Shown in pieces: positions 48,191-57,695 of a stretch of 64,000 nucleotides of DNA. Every line of letters begins with the position of its first letter. Within the stretch, counting starts at the first letter, position 1. A model generated the notes under the pieces. The model was not told the origin of the DNA and did no database searches. It worked only from the letters and a program-made list of their open reading frames with translations. The translations under genes and the position numbers were made by a program. The stretch comes from an uncultured Planctomycetaceae bacterium (GTDB lineage: Bacteria > Planctomycetota > Phycisphaerae > SM23-33): assembly GCA_964642855.1 (NCBI GenBank), contig CAZXSK010000009.1:12106-76105 (forward strand), given 5' to 3'.

Positions 48191-48688
48191 TCAGCCTGCC
48201 TGCCTCGGAACATGGCGGCGAGACAAAGGCTGTTTGCCAACGTATCCAGGGCCGGAGATAAGCAGACGGTCCCCCTTGGCGTCGTACTCGATGATGCTGT
48301 CGCACCCAAGCCAGTAGGGTTGGTCTTGCGGGGAATCCAGCAGAAGATGAACGTGCCCCCCATCGCCCAGACTCAACTTCCACCGGCCGATCTCGGTCGG
48401 TGATACGTAATCGGACTCGATATCTTTGTGGTATTCGCCCGTGGCAAGGAAACGATACACGACCTCCTCGGCCATTGGCCCGTCCCCAAGCGTTTTGACC
48501 CAGGCCTCCTGGGTTATGACCTCTCTGAGATGCTCCAGGCGTTGGCGATGGGCAGGTTGATGGACCGATGTACCTGGGCGATTGGGTGACGTCAAGCGGT
48601 GTCCGCAACCCCCCGGGAGGCAGAGTGCAATGACGCTTGCGGTGAGCAGGGCGACGGTTGTACTTGATCTGCAGCCGTTCATGACCAA
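48191..48688 (-). CDS. hypothetical lipoprotein
   Basis: Signal peptide plus lipobox (LCLPGGCG). No recognisable domain. Confidence 0.35.
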   Translation of the reverse strand: MVMNGCRSSTTVALLTASVIALCLPGGCGHRLTSPNRPGTSVHQPAHRQRLEHLREVITQEAWVKTLGDGPMAEEVVYRFLATGEYHKDIESDYVSPTEIGRWKLSLGDGGHVHLLLDSPQDQPYWLGCDSIIEYDAKGDRLLISGPGYVGKQPLSRRHVPRQAG

Positions 48689-48946
48689 TACGACGCGTCA
48701 GATTGGGCGCGAGTTCCCATCGTAACAGAATCCAGAGGATGTCTACTCTGGGTGGCGGCGAGACAAAGCTCTTGCCGGGAGGGATGGCCGTCGACACAGC
48801 CAACCGGCGGAGAACTGAGCAGGTAGCGCCCTTCGGGCTCAGGAGACCCTAGGAGAGCGGCGGAGGGTAGGGCTTGCAGGGGCGTTGGCACCGGGCGTCA
48901 GCACCTTTGCTATCCTTTCCAATCACTACTGCTTTCCTGCTCTGTT

Positions 48947-48974
48947 GAAAAAAGCCCCTTTCCAGGGGCTTTTC
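48947..48974 (-). terminator. intrinsic terminator downstream of tRNA-Ala (bidirectional hairpin)
   Basis: AAAAAAGCCCCTTTCCAGGGGCTTTT: a perfect 7-bp GC stem flanked by an A-run and a T-run. Confidence 0.6.
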
Positions 48975-48977
48975 CAA

Positions 48978-49050
48978 TGGAGCCGAGGGGATTCGAACCC
49001 CTGACCTCTTGAGTGCGATTCAAGCGCTCTCCCATCTGAGCTACGGCCCC
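48978..49050 (-). tRNA. tRNA-Ala (anticodon CGC)
   Basis: Minus-strand GGGGCCGTAGCTCAGATGGGAGAGCGCTTGAATCGCACTCAAGAGGTCAGGGGTTCGAATCCCCTCGGCTCCA. Folds into a cloverleaf with the G3:U70 Ala identity pair, anticodon loop AUCGCAC and T-loop GTTCGAATC. CCA is not encoded. Confidence 0.9.
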
Positions 49051-49147
49051 GTGGGGAATTGCGTAGTATATCGACGGTCTCTGCGGGTGGGAAGGGGGAA
49101 TTTCCCCGCAGGCGCAAAAGCCAGCCCAACCCGCTGTCGGAGGGCGT

Positions 49148-50203
49148 TTACAGTTCCGGGCCCGTGACCGGATCGGAGTATTTCTCGAAGAGCTTCTGCA
49201 GCCGGGGCTGGGTGTTGTCCAACTCCAGCGACCGCTGCCATGCGTCCAGCGCCTTGTCCTTGAGTTCCTTGCGCGACTGGTCGTGGAGGTACATGCTCAT
49301 GTACGCCACGCCGATGCCCCGGTACGCCGGGGCGCTGTCGCGGTTGATCTCGATGGCGCGGTTGTAGGCTTCGAGGCTCTTCTCGTACTCCCGCAAGTAG
49401 AACTGGCAGAGGCCTTTGAGCTCCCAGGGAGACGAATCCTCCGGGGCGAGACTGGCCGCTTTCTCGAAGTGCTCGATCGCGATCTCGAAGGAACGCTTCG
49501 TGCCCTGTCTCATGCATGTCGAGCCGAGGTTGAGATAAAGCTCCGGCTGGGTGTTGTCCAGCTCCAGCGATCTCTTGTAAGCGTTCAGGGCCTTGTAGAG
49601 CTTGTTCTGACTGTCGTAGATCGTGCCGAGGTTGCTGTACGCCTCGGCCGACTTCGGTTGGACCTCGATCGCCTGCTTGCAGTAGAACTCCGCCTGGGCG
49701 TACTTGCCCATCTGGAAGTAGCACGCGCTGATGTTCAAGTTGGCGTCGTAGTCATCCGGCTCGAGGGTCAGTGCCCGCAGATAGATCGCCACGGCGTCGG
49801 AGAGGTACTTTTTGGCTTTCTCGAATGCCCCGGCCGCTTCGGCGAGTCGCTGGTACATCACGCCGAGGTTGTAGTGAGGCCGGAACGCGTACGGATTGAC
49901 CTCGCAGGCCTTCTCGTAGCTTCGGGCGGCGAGTTTGTTGCTGCCCCGACGGCGGTGGATGTCACCCATTGCTTCGTGGGCGACCGATAGGGTGTCATCG
50001 GCCTGCACTGCGCGGTTGAGCTCTACCAACGCCTTGCCCAGTTCGCCGCGCTCGCGGTGCAATTGGCCTTGGACGTAGTGCTCGATGGCTATATCGGTAT
50101 CGCTCGGCGTCGCAGGCAGGTTGCACCCGCCCACGCCGAGCGCCACGCAACCGACGCAGATTACCACGGTCGTGAGCCAGGTTGCCTGTCTTTGATAGGA
50201 CAT
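49148..50203 (-). CDS. TPR-repeat lipoprotein
   Basis: Signal peptide plus lipobox (VALGVGGC), then ~9 TPR motifs (..AEAYSNLGTIYDSQNKLYKALNAYKRSLELD..). Confidence 0.6.
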   Translation of the reverse strand: MSYQRQATWLTTVVICVGCVALGVGGCNLPATPSDTDIAIEHYVQGQLHRERGELGKALVELNRAVQADDTLSVAHEAMGDIHRRRGSNKLAARSYEKACEVNPYAFRPHYNLGVMYQRLAEAAGAFEKAKKYLSDAVAIYLRALTLEPDDYDANLNISACYFQMGKYAQAEFYCKQAIEVQPKSAEAYSNLGTIYDSQNKLYKALNAYKRSLELDNTQPELYLNLGSTCMRQGTKRSFEIAIEHFEKAASLAPEDSSPWELKGLCQFYLREYEKSLEAYNRAIEINRDSAPAYRGIGVAYMSMYLHDQSRKELKDKALDAWQRSLELDNTQPRLQKLFEKYSDPVTGPEL

Positions 50204-50340
50204 GAACTTCTCTCTCTCGGGCTTGTCAAAGTCCAGCACGTATGTAACTATCGGACGGACACGCGTCAAGACATTGCGATTTTGCCCGCTCCAGAAGCAG
50301 AGTTGCCCGCCGGGCCGATGCAGAACGTACGTGTCGAACC

Positions 50341-50715
50341 ATGAAGAAGTTTCCATTTTCCAGCTGGTACCGCCTGCGGAAGCCCGGCGAGATCGCCCGG
50401 GTTTTCGAGGCCGGCAGCCGTACCAACGACGCGCGCATCACGCTACAGGCCATGCCGCGCGAAGCGCCCGGCCCCTCGCGCTGCGCCGTTGCGGTCGGTA
50501 GACGTCACGGCCAGGCCGTCGTGCGGAACCGCCTCAAGCGAATCTGTCGCGAGGCGTTCCGGCTGACAAGACCGGTTCTCCCCGAGCCGTGGGATTACGT
50601 GATCATTCCCCGGCGCGGACGCACGCTTACCGTCGAGGGCGTCGGAGAATCTCTGCGAGTGCTCGCTGGCCGGCTTGCCGGCCAGAAGAATGATTCGCAA
50701 GGATCGGAGTCATGA
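50341..50715 (+). CDS. rnpA: ribonuclease P protein component
   Basis: ..[16 protein letters not shown].., ..[28 protein letters not shown]... Basic ~124-aa protein with the RnpA RNR-like motif. Confidence 0.8.
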   Translation: MKKFPFSSWYRLRKPGEIARVFEAGSRTNDARITLQAMPREAPGPSRCAVAVGRRHGQAVVRNRLKRICREAFRLTRPVLPEPWDYVIIPRRGRTLTVEGVGESLRVLAGRLAGQKNDSQGSES

Positions 50716-51041
50716 CCGGTTCGGACGACATGCCGGGCCCCGGCGAGACCCGCACCGCCCTGGGTCGCCTGGCCGGGACGGTCTTGTCGCTTCCCGCCCG
50801 CACGCTGATCGTTTTGGCGAGGATCTACCAGATGACGCTCTCGCCCCTGGTTGGGCGCCAGTGCAGGTATCTGCCCACTTGCAGCAACTACTTCATCGAA
50901 GCCGTGGACCGGTGGGGCGCCATCCGCGGCGGGCTGCTGGGCGTCTGGCGGATCCTGCGATGCCATCCCTTCGCCAGGGGAGGCTACGACCCCGTGCCCG
51001 GGAACAGGCAACCCCGGGACGGGCGGGAGAATTGCGGCTAG
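50712..51041 (+). CDS. yidD: membrane protein insertion efficiency factor
   Basis: ..[38 protein letters not shown].. is the hallmark YidD motif. 4-nt overlap with rnpA. Confidence 0.8.
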   Translation: MTGSDDMPGPGETRTALGRLAGTVLSLPARTLIVLARIYQMTLSPLVGRQCRYLPTCSNYFIEAVDRWGAIRGGLLGVWRILRCHPFARGGYDPVPGNRQPRDGRENCG

Positions 51042-52257
51042 TTGTCGGGGAAGTCGGGGTCCTTCCAGACGTACTCGCCCTTGGGGTTCACGTACGCCCA
51101 CCGGCCGTCGATCTCCACCCGCATCAGGCCGGAGCGCATGTTCCCAGTGATATCCCACGTGGGCTTGACGATCCACTCGCCCTTGCGGTCGATCAGCCCC
51201 CACTTGCCGGATCGGCCGGCGGGAGCAACCCCGTGGTGGAAGCTACCCGCGTTGTCGAAAGCAGGCGCGATAACCCACTTGCCGGACCTGTCGATGTACC
51301 CCCAGCCGCGGTCGGTTTCCACAGCGGCCAGGCCGTTCTTGAACCAGTACGCGCCTTGGTACTTCGCCTCGATTGCGAGCCTGCCGTTGGGATCGATGTA
51401 GCCGTAGCGCAGCTCGTTCTGATCGGTCGTCCTGCCCACAACGGCCAGTCCCTGGGAAAAGCTGTAGGCCTGATCCCACTTGAGGGCAATCGCCAGCTCG
51501 CCTTGCGTGTTGATGTATCCCCATTTGCTCCCGTCGCTCACGGCCGCCAGCCCCTGGGTGAAGCAGTAACAGTCGTCGAATACGGGCTTGACGATCCACT
51601 TCAGCGAATTGGCGTCGGCACGGATGAATCCCCACTTCTCGTCCTGTTTGACCGGCACCGCGCCGCAACTCGCCCAGCCGACGTGATCGAACCGCGGGGA
51701 CACCACCAGCGACCCGTTGGGGTCGACCAGGCCCCACTTGCCGTCGATGGACACGCCGATTCGCGCGTTGCTGTATCTCGACAGCCGGACCGCATCGAAG
51801 ACCGGCTCGACGACCCACCTGCCGTTGGGGTCGATGACCCCGAAGCCGGATTTCTCGCCGACGGCAGCACGGGCGGCGCGGAACTCCTCGCATACCCGGT
51901 CGCTGGTGAGCGTTGAGGTGACCGTGCCTTTTCGATCGATGTAGCCATACAATACGGGACTCTCCACCTTCTTGCCGTTGGCATCGAAGTACGAGGGTCT
52001 CTGGGTGCGGACAAGGAACCGATTACGCCAGGCCATGCAATTCGGGTCGGGCATGAGCTTCGTCGGCCCCTTGGCGAGGACCAGGCCAAGAGACTCCGGG
52101 GAGTTCGGATCGCTGGCGTCGTCGCTGTCCGCTACGACGGCCGGCTCGATGTTGACCGAGTCGGCGGATTGGGCGTGCGCCCGGCAGATCACGACACAGG
52201 ACAGCGCAACAAGAAGCACAACTACCGGCCGGCGGCCCTTACGGCTACGTCTGCACA
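51038..52257 (-). CDS. secreted WG-repeat (KWG) protein
   Basis: Signal peptide, then at least 8 repeats of the ..KWGYIDxxGxxVIxPxFD.. pattern. Confidence 0.55.
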
Positions 52258-53393
52258 TCCAGGATTCCTCTCCGTTCGCGGAATTCATCCCAACTGCTGA
52301 GTACGATCTTCTCGAATCGCTTCCGCCACCGCGCGGAGCTGAACTGCTCGGCGTGGCTGCGCAACTGTTGGACGTTCAACGAGCCGAGGATGTTCTCCAG
52401 TTGCTCCACGCCCTGGCGGATCGACGACTCGTCGGGCTGGGCGAACAGCACGCCGGTTTCGCCGTGGATCACCGTTTCCCGCGCTCCGCCCTTGGCCAGG
52501 GCGACCACGGGCGTTCCGCAGGCCATCGCCTCCAGGGGCACCAGGCCGAAGTCTTCCTCCGCGGCGAACACCAACCCGCGGGCCCGCTGCATGCAATCCA
52601 CGACGGCCTCGTCGTCGACGGCCCCGAGGAGTTCGATGTTCCCCGCTCCGCGTGCCATCCGGCGGATGCGGGGCATCTCCGGGCCGTCGCCGATGACAAC
52701 GAGCCGGCGGCCGGGCATATCCGTAAACGCGCGCACCAGGAGGTCCGTCCGCTTGTAGGGCACCATCCGCGAGACGGCGAGGTAGAAGCCCTCCTTCGAT
52801 CCGCCGGGGCGAAAGTGGTCGATGTCGATCGGGGAGTTCAGCACCGTCGATTCGCGGCGGTACGCCTTGCGGATGCGACCGGCGACGAACCGGCTGATCG
52901 CGATGAACCGGTCCACGCCATTTGCGCTGCGGGCGTCCCAGTTGCGCATCCGGTGCAGAAGCCACCGAACGACGAGGCTTCGCAGGCCGCGGTCGAGGCC
53001 CGCACCGGAGAGGTACTGGTGCTGGAGGTCCCACGCGTAGCGGATCGGCGAGTGACAGAGGCAGACGTGCAGCTGGTCCGGGCCGGTAATCACACCCTTG
53101 GCCACCGCGTGGTTGTTGGAGATCACCAGGTCGTAGGCGGACACGTCGAGCTGTTCGATCGCCAGGGGCATCAGCGGGAGGTAGCTTCGATATTTCGATC
53201 GGGCCCGGGGGAGCTTCTGGATCAGCGTGGTCTGCGCCCGCCTGCCTCCCAGCTGCTCGCGTCGTGTGCGGTCGTCCAGAAAGTCGACGACCGCGAAGAG
53301 GTCTGCTTCCGGGAAGACCCGGAGCATCTGCGCGAGCACTTTCTCGGAGCCCGCGAACGTGGTCAGCCACTCATGGACAATCGCGATACGCAT
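52245..53393 (-). CDS. glycosyltransferase family 4 (GT-B)
   Basis: MRIAIVHEWL.. N-terminal domain and the C-terminal EX7E-like region (..EDFGLVPLEAMACGTPVVA..). Confidence 0.75.
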   Translation of the reverse strand: MRIAIVHEWLTTFAGSEKVLAQMLRVFPEADLFAVVDFLDDRTRREQLGGRRAQTTLIQKLPRARSKYRSYLPLMPLAIEQLDVSAYDLVISNNHAVAKGVITGPDQLHVCLCHSPIRYAWDLQHQYLSGAGLDRGLRSLVVRWLLHRMRNWDARSANGVDRFIAISRFVAGRIRKAYRRESTVLNSPIDIDHFRPGGSKEGFYLAVSRMVPYKRTDLLVRAFTDMPGRRLVVIGDGPEMPRIRRMARGAGNIELLGAVDDEAVVDCMQRARGLVFAAEEDFGLVPLEAMACGTPVVALAKGGARETVIHGETGVLFAQPDESSIRQGVEQLENILGSLNVQQLRSHAEQFSSARWRKRFEKIVLSSWDEFRERRGILDVQT

Positions 53394-53645
53394 GGAAGGG
53401 CAGGTCCTTTTCGGCCGAGGGTATGAAGATCCGGTGAGGGTAGAACCACGGGCCCGTGAAAGTCAAGATCGCATCGCCACAACGCTTACGATAGCATTGA
53501 CGGGAAGCGGTGGACTTTCTATTCTGAACGTCCCTTTGTCCGGCTCGATGTCCGGGCCGGTCGGGATTCGCGGGGTGGTCGCAGGTCGCTGCCAGCCCGT
53601 TCGCTGTCGATGGTTTCGTACGCCTCAGCCGCAAGGAAATGCCCG

Positions 53646-55121
53646 ATGGAGCCCATTCAGCCGATGGACGATGACAGGCAGTACCGCCCCGAGGAATCGC
53701 TCGACGCGGACCTGCAGAAGGAACTCGACGACGCCCTGGGAGAGGCCAGCCTCATGGACCTGGTCGAGCAGCAGGAGAAAAGCTCGCCGGCACAGGGCGG
53801 GGCGATCGAGGGCATCCGCAAAGGACGGGTGGCCGCGATCCAGGACGGCGATATCTTCGTAGACTTCGGCGGCAAGACGCAGGGCATCCTGCCCGTTTCG
53901 CAGTTCGAAGAGGAGAAACTCCCCTCCGAGGGCGACATCATCGAGTTCACCGTCGAGGGCGTCGACGAACGCGACGGGCTGCTGATCCTCTCGCGCAAGG
54001 GCGCGGTCCTGCAGGCGACCTGGGACAACCTCCAGGTCGGCAAGGCCGTCGAGGGCAGGGTGACGGGGCTCAACAAGGGCGGCCTGGAGATCGACCTCTC
54101 CGGAATTCGCGCCTTCATGCCCGTCAGCCACGTCGAACTCGGACACATCGACGACCTGACGCCCTATCTCAACCAGAAGCTCAAGGCCGAGGTCATCGAG
54201 CTCGACCGCAAGGACAACAAGGTGGTCCTCTCGCGGCGGGCGATGCTCCAGCGCGAGCAGGCCGAGAAGGCCCGCCAGACCATGGAGTCGCTCAGCGAAG
54301 GCGACGTGGTCGAGGGCGTGGTCAAGACCATCATGCCCTACGGTGCGTTCGTCGACATCGGCGGCGTCGACGGGCTGGTGCACGTCCGCGAAATGTCCCA
54401 CGGGCACGTCAACAAGCCCGAGGACGTCGTCAAGCCCGGGGAGAACGTCACCGTCAAAGTCGTCGGCATCGATACCGAGAAAGACCGCATCGCCCTGAGT
54501 CTCAAGGAACTCCAGGCCGACCCGTGGAAAGACGCAGCCGAGAAGTGGCCCGTCGATTCCATCGTCACCGGCCGGGTGGTCAAGCTCATGGACTTCGGTG
54601 CGTTCGTCGAGCTCGATACAGGCGTCGAAGCGCTGGTTCCCATCAGCGAGATGACTTACGAACGTCGGATCGGCCACCCGCGCGAGATCGTCAGCGAAGG
54701 CGAAGTCATCAAGGCGAAGGTGCTGAAGGTCGAACCAGGCCGCAAGCGGATGAGCCTGTCGATCAAGCAGGTCGAGGGCGATCCGTGGACCGGTGCGTCG
54801 GTGCGGTGGCAGGAAGGCAGCATCGTCGAGGGCAACGTGGTCCGCACCGCGGATTTCGGGGCGTTCGTGCAGCTTGCACCGGGCGTTGAGGGACTGGTGC
54901 ATATCTCGGAACTCTCAGCCGGGCACGTTCCCAGCGTCCGCGACGCGGTGCGTGAGGGCGACCTGGTGAAGGTCAAGGTGCTCAGCGTCGACGAAGACGC
55001 CCGGCGGATCGCGCTGTCGATCAAGCAGACCACCGAAGAAGGCCAGGCCGAGACGACCCTCAACCTGCCCCAATCCAAGCCACGCAAGCGCAAGAAGCCC
55101 CTCAAGGGCGGGCTGGACTGA
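53646..55121 (+). CDS. rpsA: 30S ribosomal protein S1
   Basis: Series of S1 OB-fold repeats (..[20 protein letters not shown].., ..[20 protein letters not shown].., ..[17 protein letters not shown].., ..[17 protein letters not shown]..). SD-like AAGGAAAT upstream of 53646. Confidence 0.85.
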   Translation: MEPIQPMDDDRQYRPEESLDADLQKELDDALGEASLMDLVEQQEKSSPAQGGAIEGIRKGRVAAIQDGDIFVDFGGKTQGILPVSQFEEEKLPSEGDIIEFTVEGVDERDGLLILSRKGAVLQATWDNLQVGKAVEGRVTGLNKGGLEIDLSGIRAFMPVSHVELGHIDDLTPYLNQKLKAEVIELDRKDNKVVLSRRAMLQREQAEKARQTMESLSEGDVVEGVVKTIMPYGAFVDIGGVDGLVHVREMSHGHVNKPEDVVKPGENVTVKVVGIDTEKDRIALSLKELQADPWKDAAEKWPVDSIVTGRVVKLMDFGAFVELDTGVEALVPISEMTYERRIGHPREIVSEGEVIKAKVLKVEPGRKRMSLSIKQVEGDPWTGASVRWQEGSIVEGNVVRTADFGAFVQLAPGVEGLVHISELSAGHVPSVRDAVREGDLVKVKVLSVDEDARRIALSIKQTTEEGQAETTLNLPQSKPRKRKKPLKGGLD

Positions 55122-55195
55122 AATCCGCCCCGCCGGCGTGATCCTTCCGCCCGGACGCTGGTTGCCGCGCGGTGCGTGTGGTAGCCTTGGCAGCC

Positions 55196-56554
55196 ATGAG
55201 TAACGGCAACCAACCGAACATCCTGGTGTTCTTCACCGACCAGCAGCGATGGGACACCGTCGGGGCGTACGGCCAGCCGCTGGACGTGACGCCGAATCTT
55301 GACCGCATGGCCCGCGAGGGCGTGCGGTTCGACCGCGCGTTCACCTGCCAGCCGGTATGCGGACCGGCGCGGGCATGCCTGCAGACCGGCAAGTACGCCA
55401 CCGAAACCGGCTGCGTCCGCAATCACATCGCCCTGCCCACCGACGAAACCACCCTCGCACACCTGCTCGGCGGGAAGGGGTACCAGGCTGGGTACATCGG
55501 CAAATGGCATCTGGCGTCGGGCCCGGGCGACGATCCGGACTACCGCACCAGTCCCGTGCCCCCCGAACGACGCGGCGGGTACGACGACTACTGGCTGGCG
55601 TCGGACGTGCTGGAGTTCACCTCCCATGGCTACGACGGGCACATGTTCGACGGCGATGGCAACCGCGTGGAGTTCCCGAAAGGACGGTACCGCGCCGACG
55701 CCATGACCGATTTCGCCATCGATTTCCTTCGCGAGAAACGCGACCCGGATCGGCCTTTCTTCCTCTTCCTGTCCTACATCGAGCCGCACCACCAGAACGA
55801 CAACGACCGGTACGAAGGCCCGCACGGGTCGAAGGAGACATTCGCCGATTTCGTCCCGCCTGCGGACCTGGCAGCCATGGGCGAGCAAGGCGACTGGCGC
55901 GAAAGCTACCCGGACTATCTCGGGTGCATCCACAGCCTCGATGCCAATCTCGGACGCCTCCGCGACGAACTGGAAACCCTCGGCCTGGCCGATGATACGC
56001 TGGTGATCTTCACCTCGGACCACGGCAGTCATTTCCGCACGCGGAACCGCGAATACAAACGATCGTGTCACGAAGCCTCCATACGCATCCCGCTGGTCAT
56101 TCAGGGCCGGGGGTTCGAGGGCGGAATCGTTCGGGACGAACTGGTCAGCCTGATCGACCTTCCTCCCACGATCGCCGCAGCCGGTGGGGTGGCTGTACCT
56201 TCCAGCATGAAAGGCCGGCCGCTGCAGGATCTCGCAGCCGGGCGCGCAGAGGACTGGCCAGGGGAAGTATTCCTGCAGATCAGCGAAGATCACGTCGGGC
56301 GGGCGATCCGCACCGACCGCTGGAAGTACGAGGTCTGGGTGCCATCCGACGAACGTTGGTCGGACCGCGGCAGCTCGACGTCCGCGGTGTACCACGAGAA
56401 GCACCTGTTCGACCTGCACGCCGACCCGAACGAACTGCACGACCTGGTGAACGAACCGGATCTCCAGCAGGTTCGTAGCGAACTGGCAGAGACCCTCAAG
56501 CGACGAATGGTTCAGGCGGGGGAGTCGGAGCCCCAGATCCTCCCCGCGAGCTGA
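55196..56554 (+). CDS. formylglycine-dependent sulfatase
   Basis: ..ILVFFTDQQR.., a C-G-P-A-R motif (QPVCGPARACLQTG), ..FTSDHG... Confidence 0.85.
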   Translation: MSNGNQPNILVFFTDQQRWDTVGAYGQPLDVTPNLDRMAREGVRFDRAFTCQPVCGPARACLQTGKYATETGCVRNHIALPTDETTLAHLLGGKGYQAGYIGKWHLASGPGDDPDYRTSPVPPERRGGYDDYWLASDVLEFTSHGYDGHMFDGDGNRVEFPKGRYRADAMTDFAIDFLREKRDPDRPFFLFLSYIEPHHQNDNDRYEGPHGSKETFADFVPPADLAAMGEQGDWRESYPDYLGCIHSLDANLGRLRDELETLGLADDTLVIFTSDHGSHFRTRNREYKRSCHEASIRIPLVIQGRGFEGGIVRDELVSLIDLPPTIAAAGGVAVPSSMKGRPLQDLAAGRAEDWPGEVFLQISEDHVGRAIRTDRWKYEVWVPSDERWSDRGSSTSAVYHEKHLFDLHADPNELHDLVNEPDLQQVRSELAETLKRRMVQAGESEPQILPAS

Positions 56555-56566
56555 CCAACTCAGGAG

Positions 56567-57685
56567 ATGTCCATGGAAACACAGAACAACGCCAATACCA
56601 GCGATTCGGGCGGGCAGGCTGACCCTCCGCCCGCCCAGACGGTGCGGGAAGTGCACTACCCGCAGAAGAAGTCAGGCGGGATACTGAAGAAGTTCTTCAT
56701 CAGCTTGCTCGGGCTGGTGTTCCTCGTCTCGATCGTGATGAACGTGTACCTCGCTGCGATTATCGCCCAGACCTACGCAGGTCCGCTGGAGACGGTGGTT
56801 CTCAAGGACGGCACGCCCGAGCAGACCGTCGCTGTCTACCGCGTGCGGGGAATCATCCATGCAGGCTCAGCGGCGGAGTTCCGCAGGTTCTTCCGCACTG
56901 TCGAAAAGAACGAGAACATCAAGGCCGTTGTGCTTCGGGTGGAGAGCCCCGGCGGGACGATCGGCGCGTCCGACCAGATCGGCGAGATGGTCCGGCGGAT
57001 CCGCCAGTCCGGCAGAAAGGTTGTCGTGTCGATGGGATCGGTCGCCGCCAGCGGGGGATACTACATCTCCGCCCCGGCCGACTACATCATGGCCGAGTCG
57101 TCCACCATCACCGGCAGCATCGGCGTGATTGCCGAATGGTTCGTGCTCAAGGGCACGCTGGACAAGATCGGAGCCGAGCCGGTCGTCATGAAGTCCTCGG
57201 ATGCGTCGCGATGGAAAGACGCGATGAGCATGGTTCACAAGCCCGACGAACTCCAGCGACAGCACATCCAGGAGATCCTCGACGCTTCGCAGGCGCAATT
57301 CGAGAAGTTCGTTCGCGAGGGGCGCGGCGACCGTCTCGAACCCAACGAAGTTACGCTGACCTGGACCGACGCGGAAACCGGCAAACAGCGCACCCGCAAG
57401 GAGACCGAACCGTTCAACGGCAAGGTGTATCGCACCGCCGAGGCGATCCGACTGGGGCTGGTCGATGCAACTGGCTACGAGCCCGACGCGATCGAAAAGG
57501 CCGCCGAGCTGGCCGGGCTCGCCGAGCCGCGGGTCGTTGAGTACCGCATGCGGCAGGGAGTGATGGGTGCTCTGCTGTTCGGGCCGCAGGGTAAGGCCCC
57601 AAGCCCGCCGGACCTTTCGATTTCGCCCGAGACGCTGGATCGGTTCCGTTCCCCGAGGCTGCTGATGCTCTGGCGGGCGGAGTAA
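56567..57685 (+). CDS. sppA: signal peptide peptidase SppA (S49 family)
   Basis: N-terminal TM, then ..IKAVVLRVESPGGT.., ..SMGSVAASGGYYIS.. (Ser nucleophile), and a Lys general base region. Confidence 0.8.
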   Translation: MSMETQNNANTSDSGGQADPPPAQTVREVHYPQKKSGGILKKFFISLLGLVFLVSIVMNVYLAAIIAQTYAGPLETVVLKDGTPEQTVAVYRVRGIIHAGSAAEFRRFFRTVEKNENIKAVVLRVESPGGTIGASDQIGEMVRRIRQSGRKVVVSMGSVAASGGYYISAPADYIMAESSTITGSIGVIAEWFVLKGTLDKIGAEPVVMKSSDASRWKDAMSMVHKPDELQRQHIQEILDASQAQFEKFVREGRGDRLEPNEVTLTWTDAETGKQRTRKETEPFNGKVYRTAEAIRLGLVDATGYEPDAIEKAAELAGLAEPRVVEYRMRQGVMGALLFGPQGKAPSPPDLSISPETLDRFRSPRLLMLWRAE

Positions 57686-57695
57686 CGGACGCATC